From Octopus vulgaris (taxonomy: Eukaryota): a DNA stretch of 64,000 bases. The notes below the pieces were generated by a model, which ran no database searches, was not told the origin of the DNA, and saw nothing but the letters and a program-made list of their open reading frames with translations. Of this stretch, positions 13,899-26,727 are shown piece by piece; the stretch's first letter is position 1, and every line of letters begins with the position of its first letter. Made by a program: the position numbers and the translations under genes. Location: the NCBI GenBank assembly GCA_951406725.2, contig OX597820.1:45322001-45386000 (forward strand), in the 5' to 3' direction.

Positions 13899-14879
13899 TT
13901 GTATATATAAGGTATGTTATGTAGAAAAGACAGATAAGCAAAGGAAGGCTTAAGGAGAATATTCACATAGAAAGTTACATATACAAATAACTGAATGATG
14001 TAATCAAGTCTTATCTTTTCAGCTGTTCAGGTGCTGTATCCATGTATGAACACATAAATTCGCACACACACACACACGCCCCCCCCTCCACGTACAGGAA
14101 TCACTCGCGTTAAAAGTCTTATAGTCCCTGAAAACGTGCCGTAACTCAAACTGATTTAATATTTTGGCAACGAGGATGACTTTTTACCTTTCTACATCAA
14201 GTCTTTTTAAACATCAAGTTAAATATCTAGTAGAACGCTTCTTACTGTTTCTTTCCGCAACAGTACCTTCGGCTCTCCTCAATGACTTATTTCCAGACAT
14301 CTTGAATTGTAGGTAAATCTGGCAGTGCCGCTGATCAGCAATTATCCACAACAAATATGTAGTAAAAAAAGAATAGTAGGATGTAAGAACTGCTGTGTGA
14401 AAGCAAAATATTCGCATGAATGTAAGAATGAAAATGTGATAATGAATAAGTGGAGGAATGCGATGGGAGAAAGTACTATGTATTTACAGTTAGTTGAAGG
14501 GTTACCAGATTCATAGACACTTTACCCTTTGCACCTCTTACTTGAACTATAAAAATTCCATACTCTACTCCCACGTACATGAACGCGCACATAGACAAAT
14601 ACGCGTGCATGCACACTCTGTGTTGACATACGACGTATGTAGCTACAGGTATTGCTATCGTACTGTTACTATTAGTGGTGTTGCCAATTGGTTAGTCAAA
14701 AGATGCCAATTGATTATTCAGAAGTTGTTAATGGTAGTGGTTTTTGTTGTATTGGTTTTCATGTTTTCATGTTGGTGATGGTAGGAGTATTGTTGATAGT
14801 AGCTGTGGGTATATTGTTTATTATGTGTTGAAGAGAGGCGGGGGTATGAGATAGTACAGCAACTGTATCTCGTACACCC

Positions 14880-15665
14880 TGGTCGTAAGGAATTTTGATG
14901 TGGTTTTCAGGCGGTGAGATGCTGCCAACATGGTGGTACTTGACACGAATTCCGTCTTCTTCGGTGAATTGTTTCCTGGAAAGAAGGATTGCAACCACCA
15001 AGTAAATGTTAAACAGCACAGGGGCAAAGACACATCTTTGTTTTACTCCACTAGGACATCAAAGGGATCTGAGGTTTCACCTCCCATTGTTACTTTCGTT
15101 TGTATAAAATCATGAAACTTCTGGACAAATGAGAGAAACGTTGTTGAACAGCCAAACTTCTGAAGCAGGCGCCACAGCATGGAACAATTAACTGTGTCAG
15201 ATACCTTTGTTAGATCAATGAAAGTGTATCATCTGTTTCTCTGCAGTTCACAAACCTTCAAGAAGACGCGTCACAAATATCATGTCAGAGGTACTTCTTT
15301 CTAGTCGAAATCCATATTGAAATCCAAGCATAATCCAGATAACATGAAGTAGAAGACGTCGGAGGAGAATAGGAGAGAAGATCTTGCTGGCATAACCCAA
15401 AAGAGAGGATACCCTGCTGTTGCCTCACTCTGCACGGTCTCCCTTGCACTTGTAGACTGCACAGTTGGAATGTTTCTACTTGCCAGGTATAGTCTTTCTC
15501 TGCCAAGAGAAAGAAACAAAGAGTGAAGATGGGATATGAGGTAAGGCTCGCCATACTTGTAGATTCCATCTGGAATTCAATCTTTGCCGGGAGACTTCTT
15601 GCTTTTGTGATTTTGTTGTTGGTGGGGTTGTCAAGTTCTGTCGGGATAGGAAGACCTGGAATCAC
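14880..15665 (-). mobile_element. RTE-clade LINE RT fragment (inverted 5' part)
   Basis: Minus strand reads ...FIDLTKVSDTVN...GGETSDPFDV...CVFAPVLFNIY (RT domains up to 4). Confidence 0.8.
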
Positions 15666-15669
15666 TTCA

Positions 15670-16110
15670 AGTGCTGTGGGGTCCGTGGGGATTTACCGAT
15701 TCAGAGGATCTCTGACACTGGTCTCCACAATGAGGAGATACTTTGTCTGATCTTTGCATCTTTCGGGAGACTCAGCAAACAAGTCTTTTGGAGCAAGAAC
15801 CTTTGAGAAAGTACAAAAATCTCCGTTTATCGAGCTGCCTATTTATCCACCTTCCTGTACAAGTTTGAGTCTGGATCCTTTACTGGCGCAAGGTCAGACA
15901 ACTAGGAGCGTTCCATATCAAATCGCTCCAAAGTATCCTTGGTTTTTCTTGGCAGGACTTTCATACTCAAATCCTCCTGAGGGTTGGAATCTACAACGTT
16001 GAAGCCTGCATCCTCCGTCGTCTTCTAAGTCGGGTTGGACATCTGATTCGGACGCCGGGAAACCGACTCCAAAGGACGGTCCTCTTCAGCCTGATCGAGA
16101 CTGGATACAT
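15670..16110 (+). mobile_element. RTE-clade LINE 3' part of ORF
   Basis: ISDTGLHNEEI...FGRLSKQVFW...TKISVYRA...VGHLIRT, the typical post-RT RTE motifs. Confidence 0.75.
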
Positions 16111-16153
16111 GCCGTATTGATGTTCAAAAGTGCTCAAATAAATGAGACAAGGA

Positions 16154-16407
16154 TAATTAAACATTGGTCAAAGAACAAACATTAAAATGAGTTAACGACT
16201 TTATTTACGGTATCAAACCTCCAACATAATTCATATATAAATAAATATTACCATGGCTTTGATGATATATAAATAATATATAAATCAAAATATTTTGATT
16301 TGTATATTATTATATTATGAAAGCCATGGTAATGTATGATGAAGGTTTGATACGTATATTATGCCGTTAACTCATTTTAACGTGTGTTCCATGACCAGTG
16401 TTTAATT

Positions 16408-16408
<1 letters not shown>
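16154..16408. mobile_element. Fold-back (palindromic) MITE-like element
   Basis: taattaaacattggtca.../...tgaccagtgtttaatta termini, nested arms, and a perfect centre aaatcaaaat|attttgattt at 16291/16292. Confidence 0.8.
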
Positions 16409-16441
<33 letters not shown>

Positions 16442-17700
16442 TTATATACAAAGAGAGGGAGGAGAGAGAGATGTATATATACTTTTTGAGCTAGCATGAT
16501 CTCTTCCACCTCCCCCACGCCAAAAACTATATATAATAAAATCCTTCTATCAACAAACATTTTTATTAGAAGACGTGTATCTTACACCTGATTAACGCCA
16601 CCATCTGGTCATTAGATTTCTGACGAAAGGTCAACTATTTAAATGGCTTCACAAAACACTCCTTTAACACCCCACCATCTCCCAACTCCTCTTCTAATCA
16701 AGTATCTTGTGTTGACCATTCATTACTTTCACTCTCACAATGATTAACAAACCTGAACCCCACTCCAAACACACCCAGATCCGATATATAGAATCACAAA
16801 GCCCCAAATCCTCAGGTCAGTTTGACAGCGAATGCGAGAAAGTTCTCTAAAAATGTTAACAAGGAATTAAAAAAAAAAGTCATCTATATAACATATTACA
16901 GTCAGTAGAAACGGTTTTATTCTAAATCAGTATCTATTGCACATAGCAGAATTTTATTCAGCCCGGTGGCTATTCGCAAAGCCAGTTAATGCTTATTTAC
17001 CGTTTTTCTTTATACTGTACGCGATCAATCTCGTCTATGCATATAGCTGAGTGTTTTACACACCATTAATATAGCCCAACTGAGTCGAAATGCATCTGGC
17101 GTTTTTGCTATACGCTGCTGGGCCGCCTTCCGATATATATGACGGTATTAAACATAACACGTGCATAATAGGAATTAATCCTTGGACGAATACTACTGTG
17201 AATTTGCCTTTCAACGATATTCTAATTTTCTTTTATTCTTTTACTTGTTTCAGTCATTTGACCTCGGTCATGCTGGAGCACCACCATTAAGGTTTTTTTT
17301 TAATTCTTTGTAGGCCTAGTACTTATTCTATGGTCACTTTTGCCGAACCACTAAGTTACGGTGACGTAAACTCATCAACAAGTGATGGTGGGGGTCAAAC
17401 ACAGACACAAAGACACACACACAGATACATATATATATATGCACGACAGGCTTCTTTCAGTTTCCGCCTATCAAATCCGCTAACAAGGTCCGAGGCTATA
17501 GTAGAGGACACTTGCTCAGGATGTCACGCAGGGGGACTGAACTCAGAACCATGTGGTTGGCAAGCAAGCTTCTTACCGCACATAGAAAGCTATTTAATTT
17601 AATAATACCTCTATTGCATATAACGGTTAAATACACACACACACACACACACACACATACACACACACATACACAGGCACACACACACACACACACACAG

Positions 17701-17734
<34 letters not shown>

Positions 17735-18304
17735 GTACACACACACACACAAGTACACACACACACACACACACATATATCTGTGTTGCACGCACAGAAC
17801 TTGGAAGTCACTTGCATTTTTCTCCTGCCTGCTGATATTTTAACATTCTATTAAGAATAAATAAAATATTTTTTGCTCCTGATCGAAATCGCATTTCCTA
17901 CGAGGCTATTTCGATAGAAAAAAAACCCGTGGCTGAAATGAAAAATAAAAATTTGACTTTATCTGGTGCATAACCACAGATACTTATTTGTATATAAGAC
18001 GTATGCCTTTGCTTCGTATGATTATGTATAAGTATCTGTGATTATGTTTCTTTGAATATTGTGCTGAAGATGGGAAATAAGTTCTTTTTATTGCTTTAAT
18101 CTCAAAATTGAACCCAAATTCACAATTTACTGTGATGTTTCATTTAGTATTTTTCATTTGCTCACTTGCAGCCCGTATGTTTTAGGAGTTATACACTATT
18201 TTTTTACTGCCTTTGGTGTCTTCTTTCAGCATGTTGGAGAAGGTTCTTTCCTGATACCTTTAATGTAATTATATAATTTATGTATATAATTATTAATTTA
18301 GTAT

Positions 18305-18757
18305 ATATATAATTAGTGTTAAGTGTCGGGAAAAAAAGTACTTTATACTATTAGGTGCACAGGATCTTCAAGCAAGTTATGGCTGAAAATTATGAGATTC
18401 GCATGTCTATATATAATTTTCTTATCAAAGGGTTTTGGGTTGAGAGAAAGTATGATAACGAGGGAAAAAGAGAGGAAACAAAGAAAAGAAAAAGAAATAG
18501 GAAAATGACAGAAGATTAAGAAGGTGAAAAAAAGAAGATATTTATGCGTGAATAGATGTATATAAATATCATGCTTTCTCTCCACCACAGCACCCTATGA
18601 CAAGAAAACTATATATAGATATGCAACTCCCATAAATTTTCATCCGTAACTCGCCTGAAGATCCTGTGTACCTATAGATGAAATGCGCCCAAAATCAAAT
18701 ATATTAATCTCTATTATACTATAGAGTATTCTTTTTCCCGCCGCTTAACACTTATTA
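18305..18757. mobile_element. Element with about 150-bp diverged inverted arms and a decayed hammerhead-like core (Penelope pLTR-like)
   Basis: 18310-18460 is the approximate reverse complement of 18565-18755. CTGAAGA...GAAA at about 18655-18683 lacks a matching stem I. Confidence 0.45.
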
Positions 18758-18772
18758 TATATATATATATAT

Positions 18773-19059
<287 letters not shown>

Positions 19060-19956
19060 GAGAGAAAAAGGGAGAGAAAGAGAGACGGAAATAATATTAA
19101 GATACAAGGATGTGTATAAGAAGTGGTAATGATAGAAGAAGAGTGTGACAACGGAGAGAAATGAACGTAGGGAAATCAGGATTGGCGAGAGAAAAGATAC
19201 CGGAGCTGTTTAAAACTAATCATTGCAGGCAGTCAAGTTTATTTAGTGAAAATGAAGAGATTTTCATTGGTGTGAACAATTTTATGAGTATCCGCATTAA
19301 ATCATTGAGAGAGAAGACCATTGAAAGAAAGAAAAAAAGAAATAGAATCAAACAAAAGGGAAATACAAATGAATAAATATATGAATATGATGTGAAATTT
19401 CTAAACATATTAACAGTATTCAATTTGTATTTGTTTATTTATTAACAATTTAGTGTACGGAAACTCGTTGTTACTTACTGTAAACATAAAAAACAAGTCC
19501 GTTCACAATGACAGCAATTTGCAGGTGACTAACAGTTTGGGAAAATTAGAGAGCGGAATATATATATATATATATATATATGCTTGAGTGGTCACGTGGC
19601 ATTGATAGTTTTTTTTTGTAAGTGGCGCGAATGATTTAGTATTCATGGTTTTAAAATAGCAGCATGTAATTTGTTCAACTCCATAACTGGTAATCAAATC
19701 ATACGAAAGCCGAGCCAGCGTAGGAGTTTCTATGTCGGTCATGAACAAACTGCAGCCTGTGGGACTTTCTGAATGGCACTCGTTAGATGCCAAATCCATT
19801 ATCGCACTGAAGAAAAAGACAGGTAGGTGCAAAGACATGCATATAGAATACTTTATTAGTACAGATTTCAAATAACCAAACATTAGACGCCCCTTCAAAG
19901 CGTACGGCTACAAGATAAACCCAATTTCTCATTTCAGCCTTTAGAAAAAAACACTT

Positions 19957-21110
19957 TGTAGCAGTGCAGTCGAACTACTTCGCTCCAGTGTAGCAGCACA
20001 CTAGCCCTGCGTCCCTCTGCCCTTTAGAAGTTAGCGGCGGAAGAATACGATGACTTCCGCCCAGCACGACTGGTGCCAAAAATTCAAGTGAGAAAAATTA
20101 CTTGCTGGCTAGGAGCTACAAGGTTAACACGCCATCATCAACTGTCCGGTGATTTCGGTCACACGGGATGACACGCTGATGAGTAACTCATACACTCACT
20201 TGGAAACAACTTATTGCATTTTCTCTTTCATACAGCGTATGAATTTCTACTGCTTTTTAGTGAGCGAACTCTTTTCTCTGCCATCACTCCAGCAGATCGT
20301 TATTTCTATTGTCGCATACATCCTTGTACACAAGTGAAAATCATCATTACACTGTGTTATCCTCTCTTTAAATAAATCTGTGTTACTTTGACCCAAAAAG
20401 ATGCCTTCTGATCAACTCATTTCCACTCACTTACATACACCATCCCTGAATATATTACATTAATACCATAAAGATCGCTTTTGCTATAGTGGTAACCTTT
20501 CACGTTACATTGGTGAACCCGACGTCGGAATATTTTCTTTGGAAATATTCCCAAAATGAAAACAACGAAACACAGAAAAAGAAAGAGAACACAAAACAGA
20601 GATGACCACTCACAAATATCCTGATGTCCCTCGTGCGAACAGCTATTGCATATTTACCTTTCCACTGACACCATGCGTCCGTTGAACTGTTGTTTTCCAT
20701 GCTGTACCCATGTGGGTGAATATTTTTCTCACATTTCAAAATGGCTACCCGACTTTAACTATGGCTCGATTGTATGATACGCATGCGCGTGAGTGCCTAA
20801 ATACACAATTTTTTCCCGTTCGCCAACATTGATAAAAAAAAAACCATCACTGAGGATTAACATTCTTTTATTTGCCGCGGACTGTGCTCGCCTGTTTTCC
20901 CAGCCACAACAAATCACTCACTTTTACCAGCGTTTAGTGGTGATGTTCGACTTTGGTTCGCTCTGATGGACTCGTATTTCGTGGTGTATAACATTACGTC
21001 CGAGCAGCAACAGCTGGATATTCTACTGAACTCCATTCTTTCTTCCCTGGCGAGTCATCTCAAGGATCTCACCACTGACACCCCAAAAGACGCCACTTAC
21101 TTATCAATCA
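19957..21110 (+). mobile_element. Gypsy-type LTR retrotransposon remnant: 5' LTR, PBS and gag N-terminus
   Basis: TGTA...TACA (to 20509) with AATAAA at about 20371, then TGGTGAACCCGACGT (near-match to a tRNA-Trp PBS), then LWFALMDSYF...QQQLDILLNSI gag-like sequence at about 20950-21100. Confidence 0.65.
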
Positions 21111-21466
21111 TGTTCAGAGTGTGAAAATTTTACATATTAGTCTATTGTTCGAAAGAAGGCTAATGTAAAAATATTGGCTGAGAGAAATGGAAGCAGTATG
21201 ATTATTATTAGCAGAAACCTCGCCCTTTAGACGGTTTTCTGTTAGTCACTCGATATTACCACATTTGATTCCCAATTCTAATCATTTTTATATTTTACGT
21301 CTAATTATTTCTTTGTATAATAGTGTTCACTTGCTTAGTAAATATTGCTTTCTTTATTTTATCCGACACAATCTCTCTTTTTTAAAGAGTCAATCTGTTA
21401 TATATATTTATCATTAATAACTGGTAGAACTTACATAAATAATTGGTACAACTTACATAGGTGTGC

Positions 21467-21532
<66 letters not shown>

Positions 21533-21840
21533 GGATGGATGGATGGATGGTGGACGGACAGACGGATGGATGGATGGATGGATACACACACAAAAAGTCT
21601 GGTTTGTAAGAACACATGGACATGACGTTTCCTTACTTTTTCAAATATACCCCAAATTTAAAATGATCTAATTTAAGGATATCATTAATTCGGCATGTGT
21701 TGAAATATGCCAAAACAATTTAATTCCGCACAAATATATGTTACTTTACATATAATTTCTGTGTTAATTCTATTTACTGAAACTTGCTAAAAAGCATATT
21801 TTGTTTTAAAGTAGTATCTATTTGTAGACACAATTATCAG

Positions 21841-22930
21841 TAATTATACTGTTTCCATTTCTCTCAGCCAATATTTTTACATTAGCCTTCTTTTGAACTC
21901 TAGATAATGCAACATACAGCTGACCATGTAAGAAGAATTGTGTTGGAAGATATATTCCAGTTTGTTCAAAAATCTGTCCCCGTGCCTTTTTTGCACGTCA
22001 AGGCAAAAGCTGACTTGACGGAAAATTGTTCGCGTGTAAATATAAATGAAAATTCCGTTTCTTGAGATACATGTGGTATTCTTGGAATTATCAGAGTTGA
22101 TCCTGCATAAGGACCAGAAGAAACCTCAGCCTCAATATCATGATTATGTAAACTGGCAATGGTGTAGTGTGTGCTATTGCAATGTCCATTAGTAGCATCT
22201 AAATTTCTCAGAAGCATTATGCATCGTTTTTTCTTCAGTTTGAGAATGTGTGGTGAAAGCCCTGATGGTGTAAGTTTGTTGATGAACTCGATTGGGTACA
22301 GAGTTTCATTATCGACTGTATCTGAGCTTCTGTATATTTTTTTTAGCTCACTAGGGATCCTGGTCAACAGAAAATCATTCACAAATTGTGCTGCTTCATT
22401 TGTTGGAGTAACGATGGTTCTATTTGCAAGCCACCCAGGGTTTGTGAAGTTATTTTTGAGGTCAGCATATACAAAATCACATAGAATCTGAAAGAGTACT
22501 ACTTTCAAGGTAAGGGTCATTGGGTAGTTTGACTTTGAATTTCCCTTGGCTTTGTTAAACAGAAATGTTACCATTTCCTACATCAAGAAGGTAGATAGTA
22601 AACTCTCTTTCATCAGAATGACTTTCTGTAATAAGTTTTAGATTGATTGTCAACTCTACTACTTCCTCATGATCGCAAAGAAAAGATCTCTTTAGTGTTA
22701 CATCAACAATTTGTGATCTGACACCATTATTTTGTAATGGAATATTCTCCTTTCGAGATACCTTAACCAGTCGGTCATGTGTAGCAGAAACAGAATCATG
22801 TCTACGTCTCCGTGCATATCAGGCATCTGTTTCAGTCGCTTTGCCCTGGTTTCATCTGTTTCAGTTGCCCGTCTTTATCTCTGCCGTTGTACCTTTGCTG
22901 CTAAATTTTCTTTTTCAATCGCATATTATA
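21841..22930 (-). mobile_element. Helitron remnant with PIF1-type helicase fragment
   Basis: RTIVTPTN...YPIEFINKLTPSGLSPHILKLK...IMLLRNL..NGHCNST...IIPRIP...FTREQFSVKSAFALT. Confidence 0.85.
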
Positions 22931-23257
22931 TATAAATGAAAGCCCGTTAAAAACTATCTCGTTTAGCGTGCTAGAAATAGCAGCGATCACGTAGTTATTA
23001 TTATAAGGTTTATAGCGTTCCAAGTACCCATACCAACAAAATAACTTCTTCAATAAAATTAAAAAATATACCGGTACATTAAAGAATTTTCATTTTATCA
23101 AAAATATTAATTTAACAAACTCCGGAATCTGATAATATTTTGGAAATTGTGCCTCGTATCGAAGTTATACAGCTATTTTGTGTAACAACATGCATTCATT
23201 CAACAAAAAAAATCACTTTAAAATTATACCAGTATATTAAAAAAAAAATTCATTTTA

Positions 23258-23895
23258 TCAAAAACTAGCACTATGACCCTTTTGGATGCACTTGGCCCGG
23301 CGGTCCACAAGCTTGCGTATTCCCTTCAAGAAGAAGGTTTTCGGTTGGTCGTGCAGCCATTTATGCACCGCTTCTTTCACATCTTCATCCGTAGGAAATC
23401 GACGACATCGCAAACCATCTTTGAGCGGCCCCAAAAATTGATTGTCGGAAGGGGCGAGATCTGGGGTGTAGGCAGGATATTCTAGCCCTTCAAAACCCAA
23501 TCGGGTAATGGTTTCAACCGTCTGGGTGGTCGTGTGTGGGCGTGCATTGTCATGCAACAACAAAACTTTCTTCGACAATACGCTTCGGTGTTTGATGCGA
23601 ATTGCTGGCTTCTGTTTGTTGGCCAGCAAAGCAATGTATCTTGCACTGTTGATCATACACCCCTTTTCCAGAGAAATCGGATCGCCCCACTTTGTTTTTA
23701 TATTCTTACACATTGCAAGTGGAGCGGCCATGCATACAAGGTAAAGCCAGAAAGAGAAATGGTGTGATCAGGCTCAAACTTTGATCAAGTAACCACAATA
23801 GTACCAACTGTAACCAGGCATGCGCAGAAGGCAGTGTGACAATAATAAAGATATGTTATGGCGAAAATGCGGATAATTTTTGACTTCCCTTTGTA
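23258..23895 (-). mobile_element. Internally deleted mariner (DD34D)
   Basis: LLHDNARPH, YPAYTPDLAPSD motifs; TIR-like TAcaagggaagtcaaaaattatccgca (minus) at about 23869-23895. Confidence 0.85.
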
Positions 23896-23937
23896 AATTT
23901 CCTCAGCCAATCACTGTCTGACTACTGCTGATATATA

Positions 23938-24843
23938 TTAGGTTGAGGAAAACGTTCGTGCGCCGTGTTAAAATAATGATTTTTTATGCAGGAATTTATT
24001 CAAAAACAACTATTCTTCAAAATAAAGACCATAGTTTCCCACGACATTCTGCCAACGATCTGCTAGCTTTCGGATTTGGTCAAAGCACCAATCCTTCCGC
24101 TTTGAATCGAAAAATTCTTGACAGGCTTCTTCAACTTCATCGAATGTCTCAAACCAGCGACCTTTCATAAAGTGCTGCATTGATTGGAAGAAACCATGGT
24201 CAGATGGTGCAACGTCTGGACTATAGGCTGGATGCGGCAGAACTTCCACAACGTCCAATTCTTCAATCTTGTTGCTGGTCTTTCTTATTTATTATTTCTT
24301 TATTGCCCACAAGGTGCTAAACACAGAGGGGATAAACAAGGACAGACAAACGGATTAAATCGATTACATCGACCCCAGTGCGTAACTGGTACTTAATTTA
24401 TCGACCCCGAAAGGATGAAAGGCAAAGTCGACCTCGGCGGAATTTGAACTCACAACGTAACGCAGACGAAATACCGCTAAGCATTTCGCCCGGCGTGCTA
24501 ACGTTTCCGCCAGCTCTCCACCTTATTTATTATTATTTTTTTTTTGGAGCAACGTGAAATGAAGTGTTTTGCTCAAGAACACAACGCGTCGTCCGGTCCA
24601 GGAATCGAAACCACAATCTTACGATCATGATGCTGACACACTAACCACTAAGCCACGCGCCTCCACAGTTGCTGGTCTTTCTGGTAGTATGCGGCTTTGC
24701 ATTGTCTTGTTGGGACAAAGCGCGTTTTCGACGAACACAGTGAATCACAATTGAACATGACATGAACTGAATGAACACACACCACAAAAATATATAAAAA
24801 AGCATTATTTTAACACGGCGCACGAACTTTTTCCTCAACCTAA
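23938..24843 (-). mobile_element. Non-autonomous mariner with both TIRs, interrupted by a composite SINE
   Basis: About 45-bp TIRs ttaggttgaggaaaa.gttcgtgcgccgtgttaaaataatg with TA flanks; QDNAKPH and HPAYSPDVAPSD motifs. Confidence 0.9.
24286..24667 (-). mobile_element. Composite SINE (family C tRNA head plus family B) bounded by a 15-bp TSD
   Basis: gttgctggtctttct at 24271-24285 and 24668-24682. Confidence 0.8.
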
Positions 24844-24985
24844 TATTACCTTTCACTTGTTTCAGTCATTTGACTGCAATCATGGTTGGGTACTGCTCTG
24901 AAAGGTTTTAGTGGAACGAATTAATTCCAGTACTTATTTTTAAGCCTAGTACTTATTCTATCGGCACCGGTTGTCAATCTGAAGT

Positions 24986-25121
<136 letters not shown>

Positions 25122-25895
25122 TATAAGACTTGTTTTATTTATATTCCTGAGCGCCATACTAATACAATTGTTTGTTTGTACTCCACCTGCCTTCGTCTTT
25201 TGTTTATTTTCATAAAGCTTCCCGTTATATATATATATACACACTCACAACAGACTTCTTTCAGTTTCCGTCTCAAAAGGTTCTTGTCGGCTCGAAGCTA
25301 TAGTAGAAGACACTTGGCCGAAGTGTCACGTGGTGGGACTGAACCCTGAACCATGTGGTTGGAAAGCAAACTTCGTACCACATAGCCACACATATATACG
25401 TATACACACACACACAAGCACACACGCACGTACGTCCATAGATACACACACATACACACACACACAAACACACACACACATATATATACATACATGTATA
25501 GTTACACATACGCACAGATTCATAGACGCGTGCGCACATATACACAGTTTTATAATTTGAAAGAATCGTAACAAATTAAGATACCATTATTCAACATTTC
25601 ATATATTAAGTTAGTTTACGAAAAGCCTGATAATAAGGAAACACTATGCATCTATTTATTTTATCTTTTTATCTATTTACTTCTTTAAGTCTTTTGACTG
25701 TAGCCAGGCTGGGGCACCGCCTTGAAGATTTCTAGGCAAACGAATTGACCTAGTACTTGTTTTGTTAAACTTGGTACTTATTCTATCGATCTCTTGTGCC
25801 GAACCGCTATGTTACGGGGACATAAGCACACCAACACCAGTTGTCAAGCGTTGGTGGGGTAAAATACAAACAGAAACACACACAATACACACACT

Positions 25896-26727
25896 TACGT
25901 TGTCTTATCAATAAGTATCGGTACTGTTGCCAGAGTAACGAAGCTAAAGCAAGAAGAGTGAAGCCGCTTGGCACAGATTGATCATGTACACTGCTGTGCA
26001 TGCATAGTAAGTTTTAACGTTCTAGTTCACTTCCCCAGTTTACAGCAGTGCTTGGAAGGAAGGTGTGTAGCGTGTGTTCGTTGCATTGACCATGACAGAG
26101 AAAATTGAGCAGAGAATCTGCATCAAATGTTGTCAAAAGCTTGGAGATACCTGCTCAGAGGTTTACGCAAAGTTTTCAAAATGTTTTCGTTCTCGACACA
26201 ATCAAGAAGATCTTGTGCATCTGAAACCCGAGTCTCTTTTTGGTAAACTGAAAGTAGTTTTGGCACAAAATTAGATGACATGCGTCTCATACTCAAGTCT
26301 TCAGTGATAATGGACTGAACTGAACCGTAACTGGTCTGCACATCTTCTGATAACTCACAGATGATGATTCGACGATTTCCCCTTACAGCTGCACGCACAT
26401 CTGCGATGTTTTTCTCAGTTCTGCTGGTTGCGGGTCTCCCAGAACGTTCGTCAATATTGAACCACTTGTACACTTGTGTACAGCTCATACACTCCTCTCT
26501 ATACACTTTCTGCAACTTTGCGTCGGCCTCTGAGCAGGTATCGCCATGACAGCTTTGTCATGGTTAATGTGACGGTCACACGCATTGCTGTAGATAGCGG
26601 AAGTGGGCTAGAATGTTAAAACTTAGTGTGCATGCACAGCAGAGGTCAAGGTCAATCGTTGGCAAGCGGCTTCACTCTGTGTGCTTCGTTACTATAGCAA
26701 CTGTCTGGATATTTATTGATCAGACCT
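25896..26727. mobile_element. Mariner derivative made of two left ends facing each other
   Basis: The + strand gives MTEKIEQRICIKCCQKLG; the - strand gives ...QVYKWF...RSGRP...FVPKLL. The about 270-bp 5' regions are mutual reverse complements. Confidence 0.8.

Noticed and set aside
20170-20215. CTGATGA...GAAA as a hammerhead (also CTGACGA at about 16620 and about 59571)
   Set aside because: Stems I-III cannot be closed.
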